NCBI GenBank assembly: GCA_951406725.2
Contig: OX597819.1
Span: forward strand, 75,330,001 to 75,394,000
From: Octopus vulgaris
Lineage: Eukaryota
Reading direction: 5' to 3'
DNA: 64,000 nt
In this document: piece after piece, positions 1-12,248 of the stretch
Layout of the letters: every line of letters starts with the position of its first letter
Numbering within the stretch: position 1 is the first letter of the stretch
Position numbers and translations under genes: made by a program
Notes under the pieces: model-generated
What the model saw: only the letters and a program-made list of their open reading frames with translations
What the model was told of the DNA's origin: nothing
The model's database searches: none

Positions 1-591
1 TAATTTTGCACCACATTATACACTAATACCTCACTTTACAAGACTCCAGGATTATGAGATATATTTTATAATAAATATATAAAGGCTAAACAGCTAAGAT
101 CCAAATTTTTAACACAGTACAAAAGTTTCTACTACCATAAAAGATGCTTCTGTGTGTTACCAACAAATTTATAGAGAGCGAAAAAAGCTTCTAAGTAAAC
201 AACTCTTGACCTGTTTTTAAAAAGAAATCTACAAGTTCGTCTACAAGTGCTTGTGAATTGGTGATTGCATCTATGAGTAATGGTGTGCATCAGTCTAGTA
301 AAGTAAAAGTGATTCAGAAATATGATTATAATAATATTTTTTATAATAAATGATCTTGACATTCTTTTTACTTTACATAAAATATTCTTTACATTCTACT
401 GTTGTTTTATCGCCATTTATAGTGTTATAAATTTTATAGGTAAAATATTTTTCTGGTAACAAATTACAATTTATAACATTGCTACTCTGGGAAATTATTG
501 CTCTGCTTTATGAGTTTTCACTTTATAAGCGATCTCTGAGAACAAATTAACTTCTATATCAAGGCATTACTTGTATATCTTTTAATCTTAT

Positions 592-782
592 GCTTGTTTC
601 AGTCATTAGACTGCAGCCATGCTGGGACCTCCTTGATAAAGCTAAGTCAAATGAATCGACCCCAGTACTATTTTTCTTTTTAAGCCTGGTACTTAATCCA
701 TAAGTCTCTTTTACCACACTGCTAAGTTACAGTGACACAAACACCAATTGTCAATCGGTGGTAGGGGACAAACACAAAAACA
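592..782 (-). mobile_element. Octopus SINE, 3' half
   Basis: Reverse complement of the ...ccagcatggc...gactgaaacaag tail seen in the full copies at 17.1 and 27.0 kb. Confidence 0.7.
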
Positions 783-979
783 CACACATACATACATATA
801 TACACACATATATACATATTTTTATTCTTTTACATGTTTCAGTCATTTGATTGTGGCCATGCTAGAGCACCACCATTTTAGTTGAAGAAATTAACCCCAG
901 GACTTATACTGTGAAATTTGATTTAATACTAAATTGAATTTTTCCCTGTAAGTTTGGAGTTATACTCCCTAATATTATC

Positions 980-980
<1 letters not shown>

Positions 981-1021
<41 letters not shown>

Positions 1022-1232
1022 CATTATATATATATATATACATTATATATATATATACACACACACACATATATATATACATACATATACACACATATAT
1101 ATATACATACATATACACACATATATATATACATATACACACATATATATATACATACATATACACACACACATATATATATATACATACATACATAAAT
1201 ATATATACATACATACATATATACATACATAT

Positions 1233-1265
<33 letters not shown>

Positions 1266-1399
1266 CATACATAAATATATATACATACATACATATACAC
1301 ACACACACTATATATATATATATACATGCATATATATATATATACATACATATATACATACATATACACACACACACATATATATATATATATACATAC

Positions 1400-1465
<66 letters not shown>

Positions 1466-1483
1466 TTACATACATATATATAT
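981..1483. repeat. Compound (TA)n/(CA)n/(TACA)n microsatellite
   Basis: Directly visible; it explains the YI/HT-rich spurious ORFs. Confidence 0.97.
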
Positions 1484-2498
1484 ACGATATAGTGCATATT
1501 TATACACATAAGGAATCCACTTTACGTGAAATTCAACACATTAGAAAGAACAGCTAGGTTCTGTAAACCACAAAAATAATGGATAAAATTTGACAGGAAT
1601 AAATTTGGAAATGAAAAACATTTACCATCTAGTACCTTGGACCAATTGGTTTCTGATCTTCTTTTAGCGAATCAGGGGGAACTCACAAGGTCTCATCTTC
1701 TTCAGCAAGGTCCAACCTAGGGTACTAGATGGTAAATGTTTTTCATTTTCAAATTTATTCCTGTCGAATTTTATCCATTATTTTTCTGGTTTACAGAACC
1801 TAGCTGTTCTTTCTAATGTGTTGAATTTCATGTAAAGTGGATTCCTTATGTGTATAAATATGCACTATATCGTCTGACTAATATATAGTCTTCTTGACTA
1901 ATTTTTTTGCACGTTAGACCACTGGAAATGTAAATTTTGATTGAATATTTAAATTTTAATTAAATTCCATTTCCCTTTGATATGATTAATTACTATAAGT
2001 TTTTGGATAATTTTCGGTTAAAAGTTGACGGTTTTTATTGTAGCCAGCGATTGGACTGCAATTGCACAGAAAAATTTGAAAAGTTAGTTCGTATGAACAC
2101 GAGACAAGTAGCCTTGTTTGTCTCCTGTTGAATATGTTTAACCCTAAGTTGGACCTTGCTGAAGAAGATCAGACCTTGTGAGTTCCCCCTGACTCACTAA
2201 AAGAAGATCAGAAACCAATTGGTCCAGGGTACTAGATGGTAAATGTTTTTCATTTCCAAATTTATTCCTGTCGAATTTTATTCGTTATTTTTGTGGTTTA
2301 CAGAATCTAGCTGTTCTTTCTAATGTGTTGAATTTCACGTAAAGTGGATTCCTTATGTGTATAAATATGCACTATATTGTATGACTAATATATAGTCTTC
2401 TTGACTAATTTTTTTTGCACGTTAGACCACTGGAAATGTAAATTTTGATTGAATATTTTAATTTTAATTAAATTGCATTTCCCTTTGATATGATTAAA
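1484..2498. mobile_element. Penelope-like pseudo-LTR cluster (inverted and tandem copies) with hammerhead-like motifs
   Basis: 1484-1723 is the reverse complement of 2141-2380; 1721-1990 is directly repeated at 2228-2498. CTGAAGA...GAAA-CCAATTGG-TC core present. Confidence 0.65.
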
Positions 2499-2526
2499 TA
2501 CATACATATATATATATATATATTTA

Positions 2527-2680
2527 CAGAACAGGCTTCTGTAGTCTCCATCTACCAAATCCACTCACAAGGCTTTGATCGGCTTGAGGCTATAGTAGAA
2601 GACACTTGCCCAATGTGCCAGGCAGAAGGACTGAACCCAGAACCATGTGGTTGGGAAGTAAGCATCTTACCACACACACA
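2527..2680 (-). mobile_element. Octopus tRNA-derived SINE, 5' half
   Basis: Reverse complement of the ...accacatggttc...gggcaagtgtcttctactatagcc...gtgagtggatttggtaga head. Confidence 0.75.
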
Positions 2681-2739
2681 CATGCACATAATGATGATGA
2701 TGATGATGAAGACAAACAATTTCTTAATGTCTTAATTAC

Positions 2740-2805
2740 CTGTAGTATTTCTGGCTCCTGTCTTCCATGGATCTGGGGTGATAACTTTTCCAAGTTTAGT
2801 CTGAC
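2740..2805 (-). CDS. CRIPT: CRIPT second coding exon, (C)QTKLGKVITPDPWKTGARNTT(E)
   Basis: 66-nt exon with a gatgctttag acceptor and G|GTAATT donor; phase 1 matches the previous exon. The peptide matches CRIPT KLGxVITPDxWKxGARNTTE. No later exons were found in 1-2739. Confidence 0.93.
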
Positions 2806-3486
2806 CTAAAGCATCAAGAATAATTTGCTTTTTGATTATTTCTTAACATTAATATTATTATATACAGAATCTCAAGTTTCATAAATTCTAATTTGGATAG
2901 CTAGAAAAATCAGTGGGGCACTGGACAAAACAACTTGCAGTATTTAGTCACCTTTGTGTCCCAAGCTGAAATGCTACCAAGGTAAACCTCACTTTTCATC
3001 CTTCTGGTCTTTATAACATAAGTACCAGGAATATACTGGAAACATTGTTGACCTTGTGCATATGCTTAACAACTATTATTAAAACTATAAATGAGGATAA
3101 CGGCAAATGAAAAAGTAAAGGACCAAATGCTTTATGACATTAGGACACATCTCTAGGGCATGGCTGTGTAGTTAAGACATACATTCTGAAGCCATAAACC
3201 CAGTTTGGGAGATGGAACTTGCATGGCAGTCTTTTATACAAGGGTGAGTCAGAAAGTAATGCAGTTTTTATTTGTATTACCTTTTGACTCAACTATGTAG
3301 ATATGAGGGAGAATATCCTTAGTTTAGAAGTACTCAATCATGTTTGATTTATTTTTTGATCCTTGGTTTAACAATTTTTATTCTAATAATTTTTACACTT
3401 TATATAATAACAAAAAATATTAGAATAACAATTGTGAAACCAAGAACCAAAAAATAAATGAAACATGATTGAATACCTCTACACTA

Positions 3487-3754
3487 CATTATTTACATTT
3501 GACGGATATTTGCCCTCATCTTGTTTGTTGTTAACACAACATTTCAGCTGATATACCCTCCAGCCTTCGTCAGGTGTCTTGGGGAAATTTCGAACCCGGG
3601 TTCTCATTCCTATGGTATTTTTTGATGTTGCTGTTGTTGTTATTGTTATTATTATTATTCCGGTCACTGCCTGGAATCAAACTCGGAATCTTGGGGTTAG
3701 TAGCCCACACTCTTAACCACTACACCATATGCCCATGGGCATATGCGTAGTGGT
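3487..3754 (-). mobile_element. Composite SINE: tRNA-like head, (AAT)n linker, hammerhead-like tail; 11-bp TSD
   Basis: A box TGGTGTAGTGG and B box GAGTTTGATTCC; CTGACGA...GAAA core; flanked by CCTCTACACTA at 3476-3486 and 3755-3765. Confidence 0.7.
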
Positions 3755-4264
3755 CCTCTACACTAATAATATTCTCTTTGAAATAAGTGGAATGGTAAAC
3801 TTCTAGCATTAATGATAAATCTACATAAACATTCATTCCAGCACTGACCTATTTCTAGGACTGTTTCGCTTCACCTGCCGCATTTAGTGGAGGAGAACCC
3901 AACATCAAGATCCCTACAACTATTAACAGTAGCACCCATACCTCCTAACAACCACTATATTCATTCAATTTGCTGATTCCTTCAGTTTCACTTCAAAATG
4001 GCAGCGAGTAAGGACTCTGATGAAACTGCACCAACCATGACACCAGGTTGCATATCCAACAGTGTGCAGTCAATGCAATTGAAACACATGTAGGTTCAGT
4101 GAAGGATGTTGTAAATAACAGTTAAATAAAATTATGGGTGTGAAAAATCTCTGTTCTCCTTATCATTATTAATACTATTACTTTATCTACTGAAATTATG
4201 CAGTCCTGAATAGGACATTCAGATTTACACAGTGAGAAAAGTTACCAGAGCCTAGCTACTTATT

Positions 4265-4987
4265 ATATATCTTAGTTTGCTCTAACACTACATTTAAAAA
4301 CTTTAACTTTAGTTCAAATTTTGATCTCTAGCCCTTTTTATTCGTTTAAAATTTTAAAACCAGTCTTACCAGGTTAGTCTGAATTTACATTTAATTTTCA
4401 GCTACTTGACATCATCCCATTTGTAACAACACTTCTCAATCTATCAGTATTTATATCCTGTATAATAAGAGCATTCCTGACTTCTACAATATGACTACAA
4501 ATGATATCCCTTTATTTTCTAGCATAATATCCCTACTATGCTAGTTAGCAACAACTGAACATTACAGTCTGAGACTGACCATGTCCATAAAAAGCCCATA
4601 TCAAATTTCAACACAATGGTTGGAGAATATCTAATGCTAATATGGTAATGTGTGTTGACCTGACTACAAACACTAATGTTTTAGGACTGAACCTCTTCCA
4701 AATTTTGGCAATACAATGCCCCTGCTTCTATTAAGTGACTCTTATACCATCCCCTTAGCTCCTTCCACCCCTTTGTTCTCTATTCTACTTGCATCTTTCC
4801 ATCATCTTCTCCTCCCTTCCCCCATACAATAGCCATTCCTTCAGTGCTCTTGAATTTTCCTGCATTGATCAATAGACCAATTGAGTAAACTTAGTAATGT
4901 ACCTATAATGACTACTGGAAACAACTGTAAGCTAAATTTGCCCCAATAAAATAAAAATATGTAATGACCATTATTTTAAACTTGGTT
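4265..4987 (+). repeat. ~720-bp segment duplicated at 14416-15385
   Basis: Long co-linear matches, e.g. aaaaccagtcttaccaggttagtctgaatttacatttaattttca and ctatgctagttagcaacaactgaacattacagtctgagactgaccatgtccataaaaagccc. Confidence 0.85.
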
Positions 4988-5024
<37 letters not shown>

Positions 5025-6227
5025 TCACACAAATATTCAACTGTTGTGAATTGTTTCATTGTTATTGTTGAGCCCCAGGTCAGTCTGGTCATTAAAGGCA
5101 TCCCAGCCATGACAATCCCATCTATTTGTACACCAGGAACTGCATTTGTGTACTTTTTTTAAAATAAAAATAAGGTGTGATGTGATCACATCAGATTTTT
5201 CTTATTTGTGAATGTTTTACATTGAAAGTTTTGATTCCCTATAAGGGCACAACTACCAATATACTGCAAGACCGATTAATTTAGGGAGTCATTATGACTA
5301 GAGGCAGTCAAATAGAGCAGTGGGGTGTATTGTTATCACTTGGAAATCTATTTTCTGTAGTGTTCTGTAAAACCAGTCACTATTCTGAGTCGCTGGAAAG
5401 CTCCAGGTCATCCTTGATACAGATGACCTATGAACAAAGGAGTTTAGGCCGTGGTCATCTCTTATCTTTTTCCCATATTTCCTTTCAGACATAATAGATC
5501 TAAGACTACATTATCCAATATATCCTTCCTGTTTTAAAGATGGTACGAATTAATGGAAGACTGATTATCATTTGTAGCAAGTCGAACAACCACTTGAGAG
5601 TTCAATCATTGGCTCAATATTTCTATGTAATGTTACAAAAAATGAAATGTAAAGAGTGAAGAACGACGAAATATTTTAGGAGTCACTAAGTGTAAAAATA
5701 AATCATAGCGTCTTGAACTTATTTGTTGGTAGATACAAAATAATTCGTAACGCAGTAACAAAAATAATTTGCTAAACTGTCACCATCAAATGTTCATGTG
5801 ACGTATAGGTATTTTGTAAACAATTCATCTGGAAGTACTTTGATCACAAATACAAAACAAAATATTACAGAGATTGTGAGTACTTTTTACATTAAACTCT
5901 ACACTTAGTAAAAGCTGGAAGAGGCTTCTTTTATCCTTAGGGTTAGAAATACGTTGTTCCTAAAAACTCACTGGTCCTAGAAATATCAGCTTAGCGGAAA
6001 AGAAACCTTAAATAATATAGTCTCCTCGATACTATCATAAGTTCCTCTCAATTAGTGGTTGACATGAAAATAAATAACATTAAAAAAAACCCAGCAATGA
6101 TTAATATCGGTTGGTCCAAATAACATAACAATATTAAACGCTCTATTAGTGATCTTGTTAATAATAAAATATAAGAAACTGGTACAAATAAAAATAATAT
6201 ACATTTAAATATAGTAAGAATACGTAC

Positions 6228-6243
6228 ATTTCTCACAGACCAT
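6228..6243 (-). CDS. CRIPT: CRIPT (cysteine-rich PDZ-binding protein), first coding exon, MVCEK(C)
   Basis: Minus strand reads ATG GTC TGT GAG AAA T|GTACGT. MVCEKC is the conserved CRIPT N-terminus. An upstream acceptor (cttctacttttag) puts the exon start at 6277, implying a further 5' UTR exon. Confidence 0.88.
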
Positions 6244-7299
6244 TGTGAAATAAATATTTTGACAGTGACACAAGCAACTAAAAGTAGAAGAGTTACTAAA
6301 CTAAGGGGGACAATTCGCTATCTCTATGTAGAGTTATATATACATGTTTATAGTCCATGAAATAGCAGCTAAATCTCCCTTAAATGACCCATATGGTCTG
6401 AGAAATAACAGAACACACTGAGTGGTGAAGTCCTAGAGGTATTGTATCCGAATAAAAGATAAGATGGTCACGGCTGGAATGCATTTAATCATGGATCTGT
6501 TCGATCAGGGCTCACCTGGAACTAAACAATAGCAAACGCAGCCTCTACTTCAATCATGGGCAACCTTTTCATGAGTAGGCCACACTACTAAAAAAAACTA
6601 AAGGAAATTTTTCATTAGGCGTGCAATTAAGAAAGTCTCACGGACCGCAGGTTGCTCATGACGGCGTAGTTGATAAACCTGTTCAAAAAATAGAAATCAA
6701 TCTGCCTTATATCATATTCTACTGTTTCGAAATGATAAAAGCACCTTTCATCGCGATTCTATTCAATAAAACTAACTTGTAGTTGAATAACTACAATACC
6801 AACATTAGTAATATTTTATTTTATGAACCATTTCTATGAATACTCTTGTGCTGAGGTTCTCAACGATTGTACCTCACCTTTACACAAAGGCGTTTTGTAA
6901 ACGCTTCTTTTACATGATTTGAAAAGGGGAAAAAAGCAAACTAGATTAATTAAATTAAGTATATTAAATTTCTCTTGAAATTATTAAAGGGTCCAAAATA
7001 TATATATAATAAAACTACATTGAACCTTGACGCATCACCAGTCCTACTTTCTGTTCACTCATAACACAAAACAATGTTTATATTCGAATCCAGAAAAGTT
7101 TATTATTATTATTATATCTAGTCTCAATATTCTATTTATATGAGAAATAACGATCCTGCTAAACACCTAAACCCAGCCATGACATTTTCTGTCCCATTAG
7201 TAGCACGCAACGCTTCGCAAGGTGGTGCTATCTGTCCATGTTAAGAATCACTGCCCTTAACATGAATCATTTCAATTCGAGGTATTTGTGATGGATAAG

Positions 7300-8945
7300 G
7301 TTGTTGGTGTGCCCGTTGGAGAAATGGTAGAAATTGGTGGTAGATGATCTAACTACGAATGCTTTTTTTAAGCGATCAATTGTGACAGGTTTTCCTTTTC
7401 TATTCATATCGAGAACGAAATACTTTAGTTCTATGTGGATTACCTTGTAGGGCCCAGACTATGGTGGACGAAGTTGAGAAGGGATGCCATCATATCTGAC
7501 GAAAACATGCGTCCAAGTATTGATGTCTATTGGGACATGTGAAGTGACATTCTGTTGTTTGGGGGCCTGCAGGAGACAAATGTGACATCGTTGTCCGTAA
7601 GCGATGAACATATTTTGCTGGGTCTGGAATCTCTTGTGGCGAAACTGGGGGATATCATCTGCCCAGGTAAGATGAGTGCCGTGCCATAAACTAATTCAGC
7701 CGGAGTATGTCCGATTACCTGCATAACCGTAAAACGGATACTGAGGTTGAGTGGAAGGTATTCTAACTTATTAGCGGAGTCTGGGTAAGCTTTGAGAGCT
7801 GCTTTAAGTTGGCGGTGAAAGCAATCAACCATACTGTTAGATGCAGGGTGATATGCTGTTGTACATGTGTGCTTACACCTGAGGAGACAAGTCAGCTCGG
7901 TGAAGAGGTGGAAATTGAACTGACGTCCTCTGTCTGTAGTAATTGTCGCGGGTGTGTCAAAACGCGAAACCCAGTGAAACACGAGCGTTTTGATGAGAGT
8001 TTCCGTGGAAGTATCCGACAGGGGAAAAGCTTCCGGCCAGCAAGAAAATCTGTCGACACAGGTGAGAAGGTGTGTGTAATTGTGAGAAGGAGGCAAGGGT
8101 CCAACGATGTCTGTGAACGTGTTGGAAACGTGCATCAGGTGTTGCAAACGAAACTGACAGGAGATTTAATGTGTAGGTGAATCTTTGCTTTTTGGAACGC
8201 GACAGATCCTAGCCCATCACGAGTGTCCTTGTTGATGTTGGGCCACACAAAACGGGTCGTTATCAGTTTTTGTAAGACACGGACACCAGGATGTGCTAGG
8301 GAATGTAATGCAGAGAAAACGTCACGTCAATGTTTCTGTGGAACGTATGGGCGTTCATGGCCGATGGAGGTGTCGCACCAAATACAGCCTGGAGCAAAAG
8401 GTATCGGAAATTATCGAAATTTCAGAGATGACGAATTCCGGAGCGTTAGCAGTTATTCGTCATCTTGTTGATCAGCTGCAGTCCCCTGGAAATCAATAGT
8501 GACAGTGGTTGGACTGCGTTAAGCTTCAAGCGTGACAGGACATCAGCTGCTGAGTTGGTCGCGCCCTTAATGTGCTGAATGTTAGTTGTGTACTGGGATA
8601 TGAAGTCTAGATGTCGGACTTCCCTGGGTGAGTGATGATCGGGCTTAGCGTTGAATGCATAAACCAGCGGTTTATGATTGGTGTAGACGGAGACAAAAAA
8701 CGACCTTCCAGCATGTGTCGAAAATGCTAGACAGCAAGGTATGCTGTCAATAATTCTCGACCGAAAGTACTGTACTTAGTCTTGGCGGGTTTTAAGCTCT
8801 TAGAGAAAACAGATACGGGTTCCCAAATACCGTTAGTGAGTTGTTGAAGGCCTCGATCTCTGGAATCGGACGCATCAACTAATACACACATTGGGGCGTC
8901 TGGTTTGGTATAAACCAGCATGGTAGCCTTGGACAACACATTCGG
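7300..8945 (-). mobile_element. Degenerate Ty3/Gypsy pol fragment (RNase H and integrase)
   Basis: VDASD...FSKSLKPAKTKYSTFGRELL (RNase H); DIVGPLP...LTCVDRFS...ITTDRGRQF...TTAYHPASN (integrase). Several frameshifts. Confidence 0.92.
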
Positions 8946-9659
8946 CGTGTTGGACCGATATTGATGAAAAACAATGAAGAGGAAAGGAATGTTATTTACA
9001 TCATTTATTTAGCCGTAGTTGTATTCACTTGTTTGATACTTGAAGCTTGATTTAAAATATGAAACAAATATATCACTACATAATGTTAGCCAACTACTTC
9101 GAGTCAGCGAAGTTGTGTACACTAAGAATAAGTGTGCATTCGCTGTGTTGTCTCTCTGTCTGGTCCGTTACTATCTCTCTAGTTTCCCTCGGCTCACTGT
9201 GTGCATCTGCCTACGAAGCACTGATATTTATAATGGCCCATTCCAACTAGAAAGATGGACATACCATTATAACAATAGCCTATACACATTTAGGTCACTT
9301 GTTCCCGAAAATATAATTTTGCAAGACATTTGCTAAATTTTAGTAAACTGCACTCTCTGATGAAAGAGCAATCATCAGACCTAGAGTGGAGGTCGATACT
9401 GTAACGAACTTCGTGAGTGTGAATATACTCTCTTGTACTTTCGGGGTACAAGTAAGCAATCACTAGCCGTTGCTTTAATAATCCAGAATTCTACCAGTCA
9501 GAAACAACAAGACGCAGACGTAAAATATATATATACTACTTTATTCTCTTTCTTGGTAACAATAACAATAAGTGGTTATCTGATGTCCTTGGTTCGGGGC
9601 GCGCAAGGCTGAAAGTTAATCGATTGTAATATTTACAATATTCAGCCGCTAAAACCAGA

Positions 9660-9980
9660 ACGGGTTCAAGATGGCGTCGAACAGGGAAGTTGAATGTGGT
9701 CGGCAACAATTTGGTTAAAGGCATTCGGCCGACTGCTGCTAGAATCAAGTCCTGACGGAGAGAGAATATACGTGACCGTTGCCTTCGATAGCCATGTCTC
9801 AAAGTCCCCGCTGACTGCTACGTAGGCAATAGGGTCGTGCTTCCGGTGGTTCGCGCATGCGCGAGAGGGCCCTTCCTTTCTGTGCCCTGGTGAAGGCACC
9901 AACACTCGCACGCGCGAAATAGAAAATGGACGGTGCGCGAGCGCGCGCCGTTGTAGGATCACTACAATACCATTGATTGA
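9660..9980. promoter_or_regulatory. CpG-rich promoter-like island, possibly the CRIPT promoter
   Basis: Locally GC/CpG-rich in an AT-rich background. Motifs: YY1-like AAGATGGCG (~9668), ETS-like CTTCCGG (~9840), NRF1-like GCGCATGCGC (~9853), ZNF143-like ACTACAATACC (~9961). Confidence 0.5.
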
Positions 9981-10199
9981 AACACAATTGTATGTTTCAG
10001 GTGCAACACACACAAAAAAAAAAAAAAAAAGAGAGAGAGAGATTAAAAAGTGTTGATGTGAAGAAATTAATGAGAAAAATTTTTTCCAAGGATGGGGTGA
10101 AGAGTTTCTGAAAATTCACACGAGTCAGTTTTTTTTTCCTCATATCTTTCAGAAAAAATTAGTATCTTTTAATGAATTTTTCAACTATCTTCTACAGAT

Positions 10200-10348
10200 G
10201 CAGGTATGGCTATGTGTTAAGAAGCTTGATTGCCAACCACACGGTTCCGAGTTCAGTCCCACTGTGTGGCACCTTGGGCAAATTTCTTTTACTATAGTCT
10301 CAGGCTGACCAAAGCCTTGTGAGTAGATTTGATTGACAGAAACTGAAT
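10200..10348 (+). mobile_element. Octopus SINE, 5' half
   Basis: Same head as the full copies at 17.1 and 27.0 kb. Confidence 0.75.
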
Positions 10349-10399
10349 ATATATTGTATAAAGGTTCGTGGGTAAGGCCAGAACAATGCGAAGTAAATG

Positions 10400-11030
10400 T
10401 AAGGCAAATCCCAAGAAAACAAATTTATGAATTAATGTAGACTTTTCGTCCACTACCAATCAGCCTTACCCACCAGAGCCAAAGCCACATACGTGAGAAA
10501 CGAGATTGCACGTATAAACAACAATTGCAGCGAAATGACCGACAAAGCTGTCAACACCAAACAGTTCCTCAGAGACCTAACCCTGAATGGCTACACACCA
10601 TCTTTAGCCAAACAACGGCACCTAAAAAACATCAGGGTCAATAAACCCAGGAAGAACCATCATACACCCAAGTCCGGCACGTGCTTCCTAAAGCTACCAC
10701 ACTTTGACGACAGAACTACTGCAGTGATACAACATACAGATAGTGCACACCGGCCCTTCCCTGAGAAAAGCTATGTGCCCAAGAACAATACCTCTCACTA
10801 CTCCGAAGAGTGAACATTATCGAACTGCCCCATCAAAGACCCTGAATTGTGTCAAAGGACCTATATTGTATACGAGATCGTCTGTGACAAACGAGGTGCA
10901 TCCTACATAAGAAGCACAAGAAAACTGCATATACGCATAAAGAAACACATGCAGGCAGACACTTCCGTGAAGAAACATCTATGGAGATGCCATAGCCGGT
11001 AATTCACTGTGCACATCAGGGCAACACAGC
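10400..11030 (+). mobile_element. Penelope-like element 3' fragment (RT C-terminus and GIY-YIG remnant)
   Basis: RNEIARINNNCS...LNGY...FLKLPHF, then VYEIVC...SYI.ST...RIKKH. Confidence 0.7.
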
Positions 11031-11035
11031 GGAAC

Positions 11036-11870
11036 AGGGGCAGGATCTTTTCCTTTTGAACGGCAGTTTTCAACACAATTTCTAGTTAACTAAACACTTT
11101 TAAACTTCGTATACTGGTAGAATGTGTCAAAATAAAACATTTTTTTCTCTTGGCTTTCTTGAGGAAAATTGTAAGTTGTAAGTTTAACGTAGTTTAATTT
11201 TTCGAATTTTAACCAATCCTATGGCCTCTATTGAGCTAAAATCATTTGCTGCGTCGGATCTTTCAGATAACATCCTGTCATTAACCCTAACCCTAAATTT
11301 TAGTCTTTCGTTTTTTTTTTCTTAATTGTTAAATTGATTTAAGGATAACAATTAAGAAAAAAAAAAAAAAAAAACGAAAGCAATGGAAAATAATTTTAAT
11401 TTAACAATTAAGAAAAAAAAAAACGAAAGCAAAAACTCAAAACAAAAACAAAACGAATAATTTTAGACACACGCGTAAGAATTAAATTAATTTAACAATT
11501 AAGAAAAAAAACAAAACGAAAGGCTAAAATTTAGGGTTAGGGTTAAGGTTAGTGACAGGATGTTGTCTCAGTTTTAGACGCAGCAAATCATTTTAGCTCA
11601 ATAGAGGCCATAGGATGTTAGGGTTAGGGTTAAGGTTAATGACAGGATGTTGTCTCAGTTTTAGACGCAGCAAATGATTTTAGCTCAATAGAGGCCATAG
11701 GATTGATTAAAATTCGAAAAATTAAACTACGTTAAACTTACAACTTACAATTTTCTCAAGAAAGCCAAGAGAAAAAAATGTTTTATTTTATTTATACGAA
11801 GTTTAAAAGTGTTTAGTTAACTAGAAATTGTGTTGAAAACTGCCGTTCAAAAGGAAATGATCCTGCCCCT
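11036..11870. mobile_element. Foldback/MITE-like element with long inverted arms and internal TTAGGG-like repeats
   Basis: Ends AGGGGCAGGATC ... GATCCTGCCCCT; ~250-bp arms are reverse complements; internal taaccctaacccta and ttagggttagggtta. Confidence 0.85.
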
Positions 11871-12134
11871 TAATCCCTAACCCAAATTTGGAAACAATTG
11901 GAACAAAATTGTAGATTGACGATAACCACAAAGATCGGCATTATTCTGCTAGCCGCCTAACATATACATATCCTTTAAATATATTCCTGCCGACCAGTAA
12001 CGTTTATAAAAAAAAAAAATTACATTGGAATCAATTCCGGAATTTAATCTATGCAACTTTCAAAGAGAAAAAAAGTTGCAAGTGGAAATATTAAAAATAT
12101 TTCCTTCTTAGCCTCGCACCTTGTCATCTTCTAA

Positions 12135-12248
12135 TAGTTTGGGCGCGAACACGCATGCGCAATGTGAACTCTGTTAATGGCGGGTAACTTCAATATCGTT
12201 TGAATGTCTCTCTAAGCATTTGAATTAAGTGTTGTTGATTTGGTAAGT
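12135..12248 (+). promoter_or_regulatory. Cell-cycle-type promoter and non-coding first exon of the sororin-like gene
   Basis: E2F-like TTTGGGCGCG (12138), NRF1-like CGCATGCGCA (12152), TGGCGGG (12178), two CHR-like TTTGAA (12199, 12219), and a strong donor TG|GTAAGT at 12243. Confidence 0.55.

Noticed and set aside
132-362. Minus-strand ORF or possible exon (LMHTITHRCNHQFTSTCRRTC; another frame begins with an in-frame TGA)
   Set aside because: It does not match the expected next CRIPT exon (ESGGRK..ENK), and there is no support for selenocysteine readthrough.
954-1511. Several 60-160 aa ORFs rich in Y/I/H/T or C/V/M
   Set aside because: They are translations of the (TA/CA)n microsatellite.
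3665-3740. tRNA gene
   Set aside because: Acceptor stem is not properly paired and the sequence sits in a TSD-flanked repeat; it is a SINE head.
9536-10013. ORFs of 62-115 aa across the CpG-rich island
   Set aside because: No recognisable domain or convincing splice sites; ORF length is explained by local GC content.
11280-11640. TTAGGG/CCCTAA runs as a telomere or fusion scar
   Set aside because: Only 2-3 units, placed symmetrically inside a foldback element.
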